Below are positions 17,821 through 27,154 of a stretch of 42,701 bases of DNA, in pieces. This DNA is from an uncultured bacterium (GTDB lineage Bacteria; SAR324; NAC60-12). The stretch is taken from the NCBI GenBank assembly GCA_965662845.1, contig CBFIJD010000028.1:1-42701 (forward strand), given 5' to 3'. Position 1 is the stretch's first letter, and each line of letters starts with the position of its first letter. The notes beneath the pieces are model-generated. The model was not told the DNA's origin. It was given only the letters and a program-made list of their open reading frames with translations, and did not search any database. The translations under genes were made by a program, and so were the position numbers.

Positions 17821-19352
17821 GCACCAACCCGCAAGTCGTCCTTGAAGTTAAGAACATCGCCAAAACTTTCCCCGGCGTGCAAGCCCTCGACGACGTCTCG
17901 CTGTCGTTGCGCAGAGGCGAAGTCATGGCGGTACTCGGAGAAAACGGCGCAGGCAAATCGACCCTGATGAAGATCATCGACGGCATCTACCAGCCCGACG
18001 AAGGGGAAATTTGGGTGGACGGGGAGCTCGTGCAAATGACCTCGCCGCAAGCCGCCAAAGCCAAAGGTATCGCGATGATTCACCAAGAACTCTCGCTCGT
18101 GGAAGACCTCAGCGTTGCCGAGAACATCTACCTCGGAGAGCTTCCCCGCAAGAGTTGGGGGCGCGTCGATTGGAGCACGCTTCACCAGAGCGCACAGTCG
18201 CTCTTGGATCGCCTTGGCTGCCAGTTCTCTCCCAAAGTGCTCATCAAAGAACTCACGATCGCTCACAAACAACTCGTTGAGATCGCGCGCGCGCTCGTCA
18301 CAGAAACAAAAGTGGTCATTTTCGACGAACCGACTACCTCGCTCACCAATCAAGAGCGGCTCGTGCTGTTCGGCATCATTCGTGAGCTACGCTCCCAAGG
18401 CGTGGGGATGATCTACATCTCGCACAAACTTGACGAAATTTTTGAGATCACCGACCGCATCTCCATTCTGCGCGACGGCGTCTATCAAGGCGTTTTGGAA
18501 ACCGCGCACACAAACGAAGACCAAGTTGTGGAGAAGATGATCGGACGGCGCGTAACCCACGAACCGCGAACCGACTTCCGTGTCGGCGACGAAGTCCGAC
18601 TCAAGGTCACGAACCTGGCGAGTCCAGGCAAATTTCGCGACGTCAGCTTTGAGCTACGTTCTGGAGAAATTCTTGGGCTTTACGGTTTGATTGGCTCAGG
18701 TCGGACAGAGATCTTAGAGACCATCTTCGGGCTCCGTCCCAAGTCGGCCGGTGAGGTGAGCGTCGATGGCAAGAGGCTGGAACCGCTCACGCCACAGGCG
18801 GCGATTGGGCGCGGCCTCGGCCTGATCCCCGAAGACCGCAAAGAACACGGGCTCGCGCTCGCGCTCGCCTGCGACCGCAACGTCGCGATGAGCGTAATGA
18901 ACGCGTGGGGATGGAAAGCCAACCCAAAGGCCGAACAAGCCCTCTTCGACGGCTACCAAGAGCGACTCAGCATCAAGTCGCCAGGCCCTTCGTATGCGGC
19001 TGGGAACCTCTCTGGTGGCAACCAGCAGAAGATTGTCATCGGCAAGTGGCTCGCCACCGCACCCCGCGTTCTCTTGGTCGATGAACCCACGCGTGGGATT
19101 GACGTCGGCTCCAAATCACAAATCCACCAGCTGTTGCGACAGCTCGCTGGAGAAGGCTACGCCATTCTCGTCGTCTCCTCGGAGATGCCAGAGATCATCG
19201 CGGTGTCTGACCGCATTCTCTCACTTTACGAGGGACGCATCGTCTCCGAATTAGTCGGGGCTGACATCTCGGAAGAGAGCGTCGGCGCCGCCATTTCTGG
19301 ACTCAGCGTCCTTCATAAGCACGAACCCCCTCCCACAGAAATGGTTTTATGA
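17817..19352 (+). CDS. Sugar ABC transporter ATP-binding protein (RbsA-like, two NBDs)
   Basis: K.FPGV.AL, GENGAGKSTL, DEPT, ISHKL.E, PEDRK, LSGGNQQK, DEPTRGIDVG; ATG overlaps the permease stop (ATGA). Confidence 0.95.
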   Translation: MSTNPQVVLEVKNIAKTFPGVQALDDVSLSLRRGEVMAVLGENGAGKSTLMKIIDGIYQPDEGEIWVDGELVQMTSPQAAKAKGIAMIHQELSLVEDLSVAENIYLGELPRKSWGRVDWSTLHQSAQSLLDRLGCQFSPKVLIKELTIAHKQLVEIARALVTETKVVIFDEPTTSLTNQERLVLFGIIRELRSQGVGMIYISHKLDEIFEITDRISILRDGVYQGVLETAHTNEDQVVEKMIGRRVTHEPRTDFRVGDEVRLKVTNLASPGKFRDVSFELRSGEILGLYGLIGSGRTEILETIFGLRPKSAGEVSVDGKRLEPLTPQAAIGRGLGLIPEDRKEHGLALALACDRNVAMSVMNAWGWKANPKAEQALFDGYQERLSIKSPGPSYAAGNLSGGNQQKIVIGKWLATAPRVLLVDEPTRGIDVGSKSQIHQLLRQLAGEGYAILVVSSEMPEIIAVSDRILSLYEGRIVSELVGADISEESVGAAISGLSVLHKHEPPPTEMVL

Positions 19353-20062
19353 AAGCTGCGCTCTTTGCTGGTGGCTGGGAAGGCCACCACCCTCAACAAT
19401 TTTGTGACTGGGTCACCCAGTTGATCCAGCCCGAAGGCGTCGAAGTGACTGAGTTCAACACGCTGGCCCCCCTCGCGGACGTCGAGCGCATGCGTGAGTT
19501 CGACGTGATCATCCCCATCTGGTCGAGCGCCCGCTCCAGTCATCAACCTGAGTTTGGGAACATCACCAAAGCAGAAGAAGACGGCCTCTATCAATTGGTC
19601 TCTGCAGGCTGTGGGCTCGCCGGTTGGCATGGACACATGGGGGACGCCTTCCGCGATCACCCGACCTATCACTTCATGATCGGTGGTCAGTTTGTGGGGC
19701 ACCCCCCAGGCTGGCCCGACAACCCCGTCCCCTCCGATGACTTCATTGATTATGACGTCATCATCAAGCGACCGCACGACCCGATCGTCGCTGGGATTCC
19801 AAGCTTCCGGCTGCACTCGGAGCAGTACTTCATGCTCACAGACAATGCGAGTGAAGTGCTGGCCACGACGATCTTCTCCGGCGACCACCTCTGGTGGATC
19901 GAAGGCACCGAAGTGCCTGTCATTTGGAAACGTCGTTGGAACAACGGGCGCGTGTTCTACAACTCGATCGGACACCGCGTTGAAGACCTCGATCATCCCT
20001 CTGTCCGCGAAATCACCAAGCGCGGCATCCTCTGGGCAGCTTCCGCTCGCCAAGAGAACTAA
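19349..20062 (+). CDS. ThuA-domain (class I glutamine-amidotransferase-like) protein
   Basis: GGWEGH.P, G.GLAGWHG.MGDAFR, GGQFV.HP, SEQY.M, GRVFY.SIGH. Confidence 0.88.
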   Translation: MKAALFAGGWEGHHPQQFCDWVTQLIQPEGVEVTEFNTLAPLADVERMREFDVIIPIWSSARSSHQPEFGNITKAEEDGLYQLVSAGCGLAGWHGHMGDAFRDHPTYHFMIGGQFVGHPPGWPDNPVPSDDFIDYDVIIKRPHDPIVAGIPSFRLHSEQYFMLTDNASEVLATTIFSGDHLWWIEGTEVPVIWKRRWNNGRVFYNSIGHRVEDLDHPSVREITKRGILWAASARQEN

Positions 20063-20088
20063 CCTCAACCCACATAGAGGAATCTCAC

Positions 20089-20892
20089 ATGGACAAGACT
20101 CGATTCTCAGGAAAAAGTGTTTTGATTACGGGCGCAGCTCGTGGCATTGGAGCCGCCGCCGCAGAATATCTCGCTGAACAAGGCGCGAAAATTTGTGTCA
20201 CCGACGTGAACGAAGAAGGCTGCCAAACTGTCGTTGAGCGCATTCGAGAGAAGGGCGGAGAAGCGATTTGGCATCGACTGGACGTGACCAAGCGTCAAGA
20301 CCACGTGGAGGCGATCAAGGCCACGGTGGACGCGTATGGAGCGCTGAACGTCAGCATCAACAACGCGGGGGTGAACAAGCCGCTGTTCTTCATGGACATC
20401 ACCGAAGAGAATTACGAATTCATCTTTGACATCAACGTGCGCGGCGCTTGGTTGGGCATGCAGGAACAAGCACGCCAGATGATCGCGCAAGGGCCAGAGA
20501 GCGGCCCGCACAAGATCCTGCACGCCGCCTCGATTGTCTCCCGCGAAACCTTCGATGACGTCGTGGTCTATTGCATGAGCAAGCACGCCATCAAAGCCCT
20601 CATTCAAGGCGGAGCGAAAGATTTGGTGAAGCACAACATCACCGTCAACGGCTACGCACCGGGAGTTGTGCGCACCGAACTCTGGGAGCAGCTAGACAAA
20701 GACCTCGTGGCCATCGGCAAATTTGAAAAGGAAGGGGAGTCGATGGACTCCATCGCAGAACGCATGATTCTCATGAAGCGCTACTCGTATCCGGAAGACG
20801 TCGTCGGCACGATCGCTTTTCTCTCTAGCACAGAAACCGACTACATGACTGGCCAGATCTTAATGATCGACGGCGGCATGGTTCTGCAGTAA
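20089..20892 (+). CDS. Short-chain dehydrogenase/reductase (acetoin reductase / polyol dehydrogenase-like)
   Basis: TGAARGIG, NNAG, YCMSK, ITVNGYAPGVV.T.LW, YMTGQ.L.IDGG. Confidence 0.93.
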   Translation: MDKTRFSGKSVLITGAARGIGAAAAEYLAEQGAKICVTDVNEEGCQTVVERIREKGGEAIWHRLDVTKRQDHVEAIKATVDAYGALNVSINNAGVNKPLFFMDITEENYEFIFDINVRGAWLGMQEQARQMIAQGPESGPHKILHAASIVSRETFDDVVVYCMSKHAIKALIQGGAKDLVKHNITVNGYAPGVVRTELWEQLDKDLVAIGKFEKEGESMDSIAERMILMKRYSYPEDVVGTIAFLSSTETDYMTGQILMIDGGMVLQ

Positions 20893-20913
20893 ACCGCAAA
20901 CAGGAGCACCTTC

Positions 20914-22197
20914 ATGGACAACGAACAACGCAAAGCTGCGCTAGACCCCCGACTAGACTGGTCGCGACCGCTGGGAGCCCCCGGGCCGATGTCAGTGGAC
21001 TTTGAAGAGCGCGTCAATTTTGAGCGCCTGCGCAACTATCGCGTCGAACGCACTCGTCAGGCCTTGGCCAACTCAGAACTAGGCGCGATGCTCTGCTTCG
21101 ATAACAACAACATCCGCTACATCACCAGCTCTGTCATCGGTGAGTGGTCGCGAGACAAAGTCTGCCGCTACGCGCTCTTCACCGGCAACTCTGATGCCAC
21201 ACTCTGGGATTTCGGCTCAGCGGCTTCTCACCACCGCATCTACAACCCTTGGCTGCCCAAGGAGAATTGGAAGGCGGGGATGCTGGGCTTGCGCGGTTCG
21301 GTCGCTGCCGAGGCTGGGCTGTTCCGCAACGCCGCCAAAGAGATCAAGCAGTTGCTCGTCGAGCACGGGGTCGCGGACATGCCGCTGGGAGTTGACATCG
21401 TCGAGCCGCCGATGCTCTTCGCGCTTCAGGCAGAAGGTCTTGAAGTTCGCGACGGGCAACAAGTCATGCTAGACGCTCGGCAGATCAAGAGCATGGACGA
21501 GATCATCTTGTTGAACCAGTCCGCCGCGATGGTCGATGGCTGCTATCAGGTCATCGCCGACAACTTGAAGCCCGGCATGCGCGAAAACCAGCTCGTCTCG
21601 TTGGCGACCAAGTTTCTGTATGACAACGGCTCTGATGATGTGGAAGCGATCAACGCGGTGTCGGGAGAGCGCTGCAGCCCGCACCCCCACAACTTCACCG
21701 ACCGCATGTATCGCCCCGGCGATCAGGCCTTCTTTGATGTGATCCAATCATACGTCGGGTATCGCACCTGCTACTACCGCACGCTCAACGTCGGGACCTA
21801 CACCTCAGCGCAAGCAGACGCCTACAAGCAAGCTCGTGAGTGGATTGACGCGGCGATCCACTTGGTGCGCCCCGGGATGACCACCGATCAAATCGCGGCG
21901 GTGTGGCCAGCGGCCACAGAGTTCGGCTTTAGCTCCGAGATGGAAGCCTTTGGCCTACAGTTCGGACACGGCCTCGGGCTCGCCTTGCACGAGCGCCCCA
22001 TCATCAGCCGCTTGGTCTCCTTCGATCATCCGTTTGAGCTGCAAGAGGGCATGGTCTTCGCGCTTGAGACCTACTGCCCTGCCATGGATGGCAACGGCGC
22101 GGCGCGCATTGAAGAAGAGGTCGTGGTGACCGCAGATGGCTGCAAAGTGATCACCCTCTTCCCAGCTCAGGAGCTGTTTGTCGCCAACGCATACTGA
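20914..22197 (+). CDS. M24-family (aminopeptidase P / creatinase fold) hydrolase
   Basis: NIRYIT, AR.IKS.DEI, GHGLGL.LHE.P, GMVFALE, RIEEEVVVT. Confidence 0.9.
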   Translation: MDNEQRKAALDPRLDWSRPLGAPGPMSVDFEERVNFERLRNYRVERTRQALANSELGAMLCFDNNNIRYITSSVIGEWSRDKVCRYALFTGNSDATLWDFGSAASHHRIYNPWLPKENWKAGMLGLRGSVAAEAGLFRNAAKEIKQLLVEHGVADMPLGVDIVEPPMLFALQAEGLEVRDGQQVMLDARQIKSMDEIILLNQSAAMVDGCYQVIADNLKPGMRENQLVSLATKFLYDNGSDDVEAINAVSGERCSPHPHNFTDRMYRPGDQAFFDVIQSYVGYRTCYYRTLNVGTYTSAQADAYKQAREWIDAAIHLVRPGMTTDQIAAVWPAATEFGFSSEMEAFGLQFGHGLGLALHERPIISRLVSFDHPFELQEGMVFALETYCPAMDGNGAARIEEEVVVTADGCKVITLFPAQELFVANAY

Positions 22198-22327
22198 ACA
22201 AACCCACAGGTGGTGTGGTGCCTTATCTTCCCCAATGGGACCGCCCCAGCCTCGCCAGCAAAACATTGCCGAGAGATGAAAATACTCCTGAAGCCCTTAT
22301 CAATCACAACCTCACCTACAAAACGCC

Positions 22328-22684
22328 ATGCCCGTCTATCTTTACGAGTCCACCAGCGGGGACGACCGCTTTGAATTCCTGCAGTCCCTCAGCGAAGCGC
22401 CTTACCAGCAGCACCCCGAAACCGGAGAAGCCATCCAGCGCGTGGTCGCTGACTCCTTTGCGATCGGGCGACGCGGCTTGAAGCGCAGCACCCAGATCAA
22501 TAAGAGTCTCCCCGCGGCAACAGCCTGCGGCTGCGCCAACAACGCCGCGCTCGCCATCGCCCAAAGCGCCTCCGAGCGCGCCCGCCATCGCAAGACCAAG
22601 CTCTCGCCGTTGCACTCCCCCACCAGCGGCAGTGGCTGTGGACATCGTCACCCCCACGGCGGAAGCTGCGGTCACCAACACTGA
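22328..22684 (+). CDS. FmdB-like zinc-ribbon-family protein, Cys-less variant with a Cys/His-rich tail
   Basis: MPVY.Y....RFE.LQS.SEAP...HPETGE.I.RV pattern; C-terminal GCGHRHPHGGSCGHQH. Confidence 0.75.
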   Translation: MPVYLYESTSGDDRFEFLQSLSEAPYQQHPETGEAIQRVVADSFAIGRRGLKRSTQINKSLPAATACGCANNAALAIAQSASERARHRKTKLSPLHSPTSGSGCGHRHPHGGSCGHQH

Positions 22685-22714
22685 ATCTTTGATCTCGAAC
22701 CAGAAGGACCACCC

Positions 22715-23701
22715 GTGAGTCAAACCAACCTTGCCCACCGAAGTCCAGAGCGCCTGCTCACGATTTACCGTCAAATGGTGCGCATTCGTACTTTTGAAGA
22801 CAGCGCCAACGAGCTCTATCTCTCCGCCAAAATGCCAGGTCTGACGCACATGTCGAGCGGGCAAGAAGCCTCGGCTGTGGGCGTCTGCGAAGCGCTAGAC
22901 GAACGCGACTACATCACCAGCACTCACCGTGGCCACGGACACTGTCTCGCCAAAGGCGCGAGCCTGAGACCGATGTTCTGCGAGCTGCTCGGCAAAGAAG
23001 AAGGCTACTGTCGAGGCAAAGGCGGCTCGATGCACATCGCCGATCAAGCCAACGGGAACCTCGGCGCAAACGCCATCGTCGGGGGAAGCGCCGGCATCGC
23101 GACCGGCGCGGCGTTCTCTGCGAAATATCTCAAGACGGGAGGCGTCTGTGTCTGCTTCATCGGAGACGGCGCCCTCGGACAAGGCTTGCTCTACGAGGTG
23201 ATGAACATGGCCGGGCTCTGGCACCTGCCGGTCATCTATGCCTGCGAGAACAACCAATATGGGGAATATACCCCGCTCGAAGAGCAGCTGTCTGGAGACA
23301 TGAAGACTCGCGCCGCAGCCTTCAATGTGAACTACGAAAAGGTCGATGGGCAGGACGTGCTCGCTGTGATCGAAGCCGCTGATCGTGTCGTGCGACGTGC
23401 TCGCGATGGCGCAGGTCCCTCCTTCCTTGAGCTAGAAACCTATCGCTACTTTGGACACCACGTCGGTGACATCAACCGCACCTACTACCGCTCCAAAGAA
23501 GAGGAAGAATATTACAAGCAAGAGCGCGATCCAAACGTCCTCTTTGGGAACAAACTCACGGAAGCCGGCATCGCGACCGCCGAACAACTCGCGCAGATCC
23601 AAAGCGAAGTGAGGCAAGAAGCCGCTGACGCCGTAGATTACGCGCTCAACGCTCCCTACCCCAACGTCAATGAAGTTGACCAACACGTCTTTGCCTCCTG
23701 A
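22715..23701 (+). CDS. TPP-dependent dehydrogenase E1 alpha subunit (acetoin/pyruvate dehydrogenase type)
   Basis: GQEA, STHRGHGH, GKGGSMH, TPP motif GDGA...ENNQY, TYR..GH. Confidence 0.94.
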   Translation: MSQTNLAHRSPERLLTIYRQMVRIRTFEDSANELYLSAKMPGLTHMSSGQEASAVGVCEALDERDYITSTHRGHGHCLAKGASLRPMFCELLGKEEGYCRGKGGSMHIADQANGNLGANAIVGGSAGIATGAAFSAKYLKTGGVCVCFIGDGALGQGLLYEVMNMAGLWHLPVIYACENNQYGEYTPLEEQLSGDMKTRAAAFNVNYEKVDGQDVLAVIEAADRVVRRARDGAGPSFLELETYRYFGHHVGDINRTYYRSKEEEEYYKQERDPNVLFGNKLTEAGIATAEQLAQIQSEVRQEAADAVDYALNAPYPNVNEVDQHVFAS

Positions 23702-23709
23702 GAAACATC

Positions 23710-24708
23710 ATGCGTGAAATTACTTTTTCCCAAGCCGTCAACGAAGCGATCGCTGAAGAAATGCGGCGTGATCCCAAAATCGTTCTGTGGGGTGAAGACG
23801 TCGCCGAAGCCGGCACCCCCTTCAAAGTACTCGCGGGGCTCGTCGAGGAGTTTGGCACCGAGCGGGTCATTGATACCCCCATCTCAGAGCCTGGCTTTGT
23901 CGGCATGGCGGTCGGCGCTGCGATGACCGGCGTGCGCCCCATCGTGGATTTGATGTTCGGCGACTTTCTCTTCCTCGTGATGGACCAGCTCGCGAACCAA
24001 GCTGCCAAACAGCACTATATGTCCGGCGGGAAGCTGACCGTCCCGCTCGTCCTGCGCACCAACATGGGCGCGACCCGCCGCTCTGCCGCTCAGCACAGCC
24101 AGAGCCTGCAGACACTGGTCGCGCACATCCCTGGACTCAAAGTCGCGATGCCCTCCTCACCACGCGAGGCCAAAGGGTTGATGAAGACCGCGATCCGCGA
24201 CAACAACCCCGTCGTGATTTTTGAGGACAAACTGATGTACCAAACAAAAGGCCTGGTCCCCGAAGTCGACGCGGACGAAACGATCCCGTTGGGTCAGGCA
24301 AACGTGCTGCAAACCGGTGACGACATCTCGCTCATCGCGACCAGTTCAATGGTGCAAGTCGCGGAAGGAGTCGCCGCAGCGCTGCGAGAGCAAGGGCACA
24401 GCGCAGACGTGATCGACGTGCGCACGCTGGTGCCACTCGACGAAGAGACGCTCGTGAAGTCTGTGATGAAGACCAGCCGCGGCATCGTCGTAGACGAAGG
24501 ACACCAGAGCTATGGCGTGACTGCTGAAATCGCTAGCTGCCTCAACGCCAAGGCGTTCTATCACCTCGACGCCCCCGTCACTCGGATCGGCGCGATGGAC
24601 GTGCCCATTCCATTCTCACCAGCGCTCGAAGACCTCACCGTCCCGGACGTACCTCGCACGCTAGAGGTCGCGCTCCAGTTGATACAAGGAGAGAGGGGCT
24701 ATGCCTAA
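23710..24708 (+). CDS. TPP-dependent dehydrogenase E1 beta subunit
   Basis: GEDV, RVIDTPISE, G.RPIV..MF.DF, AAQHSQ, IPGLKV, D.RTLVPLD. Confidence 0.94.
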   Translation: MREITFSQAVNEAIAEEMRRDPKIVLWGEDVAEAGTPFKVLAGLVEEFGTERVIDTPISEPGFVGMAVGAAMTGVRPIVDLMFGDFLFLVMDQLANQAAKQHYMSGGKLTVPLVLRTNMGATRRSAAQHSQSLQTLVAHIPGLKVAMPSSPREAKGLMKTAIRDNNPVVIFEDKLMYQTKGLVPEVDADETIPLGQANVLQTGDDISLIATSSMVQVAEGVAAALREQGHSADVIDVRTLVPLDEETLVKSVMKTSRGIVVDEGHQSYGVTAEIASCLNAKAFYHLDAPVTRIGAMDVPIPFSPALEDLTVPDVPRTLEVALQLIQGERGYA

Positions 24709-25702
24709 AGACATCTTCATGCCCGCGCTCGGCATGTCACAAGACACCGGAGTGATCGCGACGTGGCACGTACAAGCAGGAGACGCTATCGCGCTAGGGG
24801 ACATCGTGATGGAGGTGGAGACCGACAAAGCGATTCAGGAGATCGAAGCCCGTGAGGCTGGTTTCATCGCGCAGATCTTGTTTGAGGCGGGAGAAGACGT
24901 CCCTGTCGGGGAGACCGTCGCCAGAGTCGTCGCGACCCAAGAGGAGTGCGCGAGCTTCGCCGCTGCTGAGAAATCCTCTAGCCCAGCGACGGCAGCGCTC
25001 ACCACCGAGCCCGCAAGCGTAGCGAGAACGGCCGCGCCGCTCATACCAGCGAAATCACCCCTCGCGCCTGCTCCAAAACTCAACGACAAACTGCTCGCGT
25101 CACCAAAAGCGAAGCGTTTGGCACTTGCGCGTGGACTGGATCTCAGGCGCTTGCGCGAAGCAGGCTTTCCAGAGCCTTATCACGTCAAAGACCTTGCGAT
25201 TCTCGCAGCGATGCCGGCTCCCGCTGCGGCCGAGACCTCGGCCGCACAGACTACGTTGCGGGCGCAGGTTCCGCTGCAAGCCTTCCGTGACCTGCTGGAG
25301 CGTTTGGACGAGACCGTGGATCGCTTGGGCGTGTTGGCAGCTTTTGCCAGCGCTGCGCTGCGTTCTGGTCAAGCTACGGAGGGCGACCTCATCGTGGCAG
25401 CAGAGTCGGCTTTTGCCCCAGCCCGACACTTTGTGAATCCCGATCACACACCGTTTTCGCTCTTGGAGCCAGCAGACGCACGCCCCCCTCAGGTGCAAGT
25501 CCGTGATTTGCGGGAGACGCGCATCACACAAGCGGAGCCAACGCTTCAGGGATGCCCCGAACTCTGGATTTTGTGTGCAGCCAGTGATCAAATCGCAATC
25601 TCGCTCTCTTATCGTGGCGACCAGCTGACTACGCAACAAGCCGTCGCTCTGCTGGAGGGCATGGCCCGTCGCATCGAAACTCCGCTCTACCACCTCATGT
25701 GA
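24701..25702 (+). CDS. Lipoyl-domain/E2-like protein with a degenerate acyltransferase domain
   Basis: MPAL.....G....W, EVETDKA lipoyl-Lys, ASPKAKRLA...GLDL subunit-binding domain; the C-terminal region lacks DHR...G. Confidence 0.85.
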   Translation: MPKDIFMPALGMSQDTGVIATWHVQAGDAIALGDIVMEVETDKAIQEIEAREAGFIAQILFEAGEDVPVGETVARVVATQEECASFAAAEKSSSPATAALTTEPASVARTAAPLIPAKSPLAPAPKLNDKLLASPKAKRLALARGLDLRRLREAGFPEPYHVKDLAILAAMPAPAAAETSAAQTTLRAQVPLQAFRDLLERLDETVDRLGVLAAFASAALRSGQATEGDLIVAAESAFAPARHFVNPDHTPFSLLEPADARPPQVQVRDLRETRITQAEPTLQGCPELWILCAASDQIAISLSYRGDQLTTQQAVALLEGMARRIETPLYHLM

Positions 25703-25713
25703 ACTAGGTCCTG

Positions 25714-27144
25714 ATGAATCACACCGAACTCTACATCAACGGCGCTTGGCGCGCTTCGTCCGACAACCAGCGCTTTGAGGTCCTCAATCCCTTTGACGAG
25801 AGCGTGCTGGCTTCTGTCGCGAATGGAACGATCATCGACGCCAAAGACGCGCTAGACGCTGCGCAAAGAGCCTTCGCAGACTGGGCAGGGCGGGCGCCCC
25901 GAGACCGCGCTGAAATCCTGCGACGCTGCTTTGAGATGATGATCGCGAACCGTGAGGAGATCGCGCGGTTGATCACGTTAGAGAATGGCAAAGCACGCAG
26001 CGACGCGATCGGTGAGACGAACTATGCCGCCGAGTTCTTCCGCTGGTTTTCTGAAGAGGCGGTGCGTGTGGACGGCAACCTCAAGCACGCTCCGGCATCA
26101 GGAGCGCGCATCATGGTGCATCACAAGCCGGCGGGCATCGCTGTGCTGGTCACACCGTGGAACTATCCCGCCGCGATGGGGACTCGTAAAATCGCACCGG
26201 CCCTCGCCGCTGGCTGTCCGGTGATCCTCAAGCCTGCCGCCGAGACCCCGCTGACGATGCTGTTCCTCGCCAATCTATTTGCCGAGGCCGGAGTCCCCAA
26301 AGGCGTGATCAACATTCTGCCGACTCTGCACGCCGAGAGCGTCGTGAACTACTTGATGAATGACGCCCGCGTCCGAGTTGTCTCGTTCACCGGCTCGACC
26401 CCGGTCGGTCGCAAGTTGTTGCGCATCGCTGCGGATCAAGTGCTCAAACCTGCGATGGAGCTAGGCGGCAACGCGCCGCTGATTGTCTGTCAAGATGCAG
26501 ATCTCCCCACCGCAGTAGAAGGCGCAATGATCGCCAAAATGCGCAATCTGGGAGAGGCCTGCACCGCGGCGAATCGCTTCTTTGTGCATGAAGACCTCGC
26601 CGAAGAGTTCACCACCGCGTTCACCGCTCGCATGGAGGCGCTGCAAGTCGGGAACGGACTTGCGGAGGGCGTGGACGTTGGGCCTCTCGTCAACCAGAAG
26701 ACACGCGACAAAGTCGCCCGCTTGGTCAACGACGCCCTCGACAAAGGAGCAACGCTCCGGCTGGGCGGACAAATCCCAGAGGGGAAGGGATACTTCTATC
26801 CCCCAACCGTCTTGACCAACGTCCCCCACGACGCGCAAGCGCTGCGTGACGAAATCTTTGGTCCGGTCGCGATGATCCAAACCTTTCGGGATGAAGACGA
26901 GATCATCGCTCGCGCCAATGACACCGAGTATGGCTTGGTGGCCTATCTCTTCACCCAAGACATGCAGCGCGGTATGCGACTCGCTGAGCAGCTAGACTTC
27001 GGGATGATCGGCCTGAATCGGGGTCTGGTCTCGGATCCCGCCGCGCCGTTTGGGGGCATGAAACAGTCTGGCTTGGGACGCGAGGGGGCCCACGAAGGCA
27101 TCTTAGAGTTCATGGAAACCCAATACATTTCAGCCAGTTGGTAA
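25714..27144 (+). CDS. gabD: NAD(P)-dependent aldehyde dehydrogenase, succinate-semialdehyde dehydrogenase-like
   Basis: FFRWFSEEA.R, TPWNYP, SFTGST.VG, MELGGNAP, G.ACTAANR, EIFGP, PFGG.KQSG.GREG. Confidence 0.88.
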   Translation: MNHTELYINGAWRASSDNQRFEVLNPFDESVLASVANGTIIDAKDALDAAQRAFADWAGRAPRDRAEILRRCFEMMIANREEIARLITLENGKARSDAIGETNYAAEFFRWFSEEAVRVDGNLKHAPASGARIMVHHKPAGIAVLVTPWNYPAAMGTRKIAPALAAGCPVILKPAAETPLTMLFLANLFAEAGVPKGVINILPTLHAESVVNYLMNDARVRVVSFTGSTPVGRKLLRIAADQVLKPAMELGGNAPLIVCQDADLPTAVEGAMIAKMRNLGEACTAANRFFVHEDLAEEFTTAFTARMEALQVGNGLAEGVDVGPLVNQKTRDKVARLVNDALDKGATLRLGGQIPEGKGYFYPPTVLTNVPHDAQALRDEIFGPVAMIQTFRDEDEIIARANDTEYGLVAYLFTQDMQRGMRLAEQLDFGMIGLNRGLVSDPAAPFGGMKQSGLGREGAHEGILEFMETQYISASW

Positions 27145-27154
27145 GGAGCCCTGC

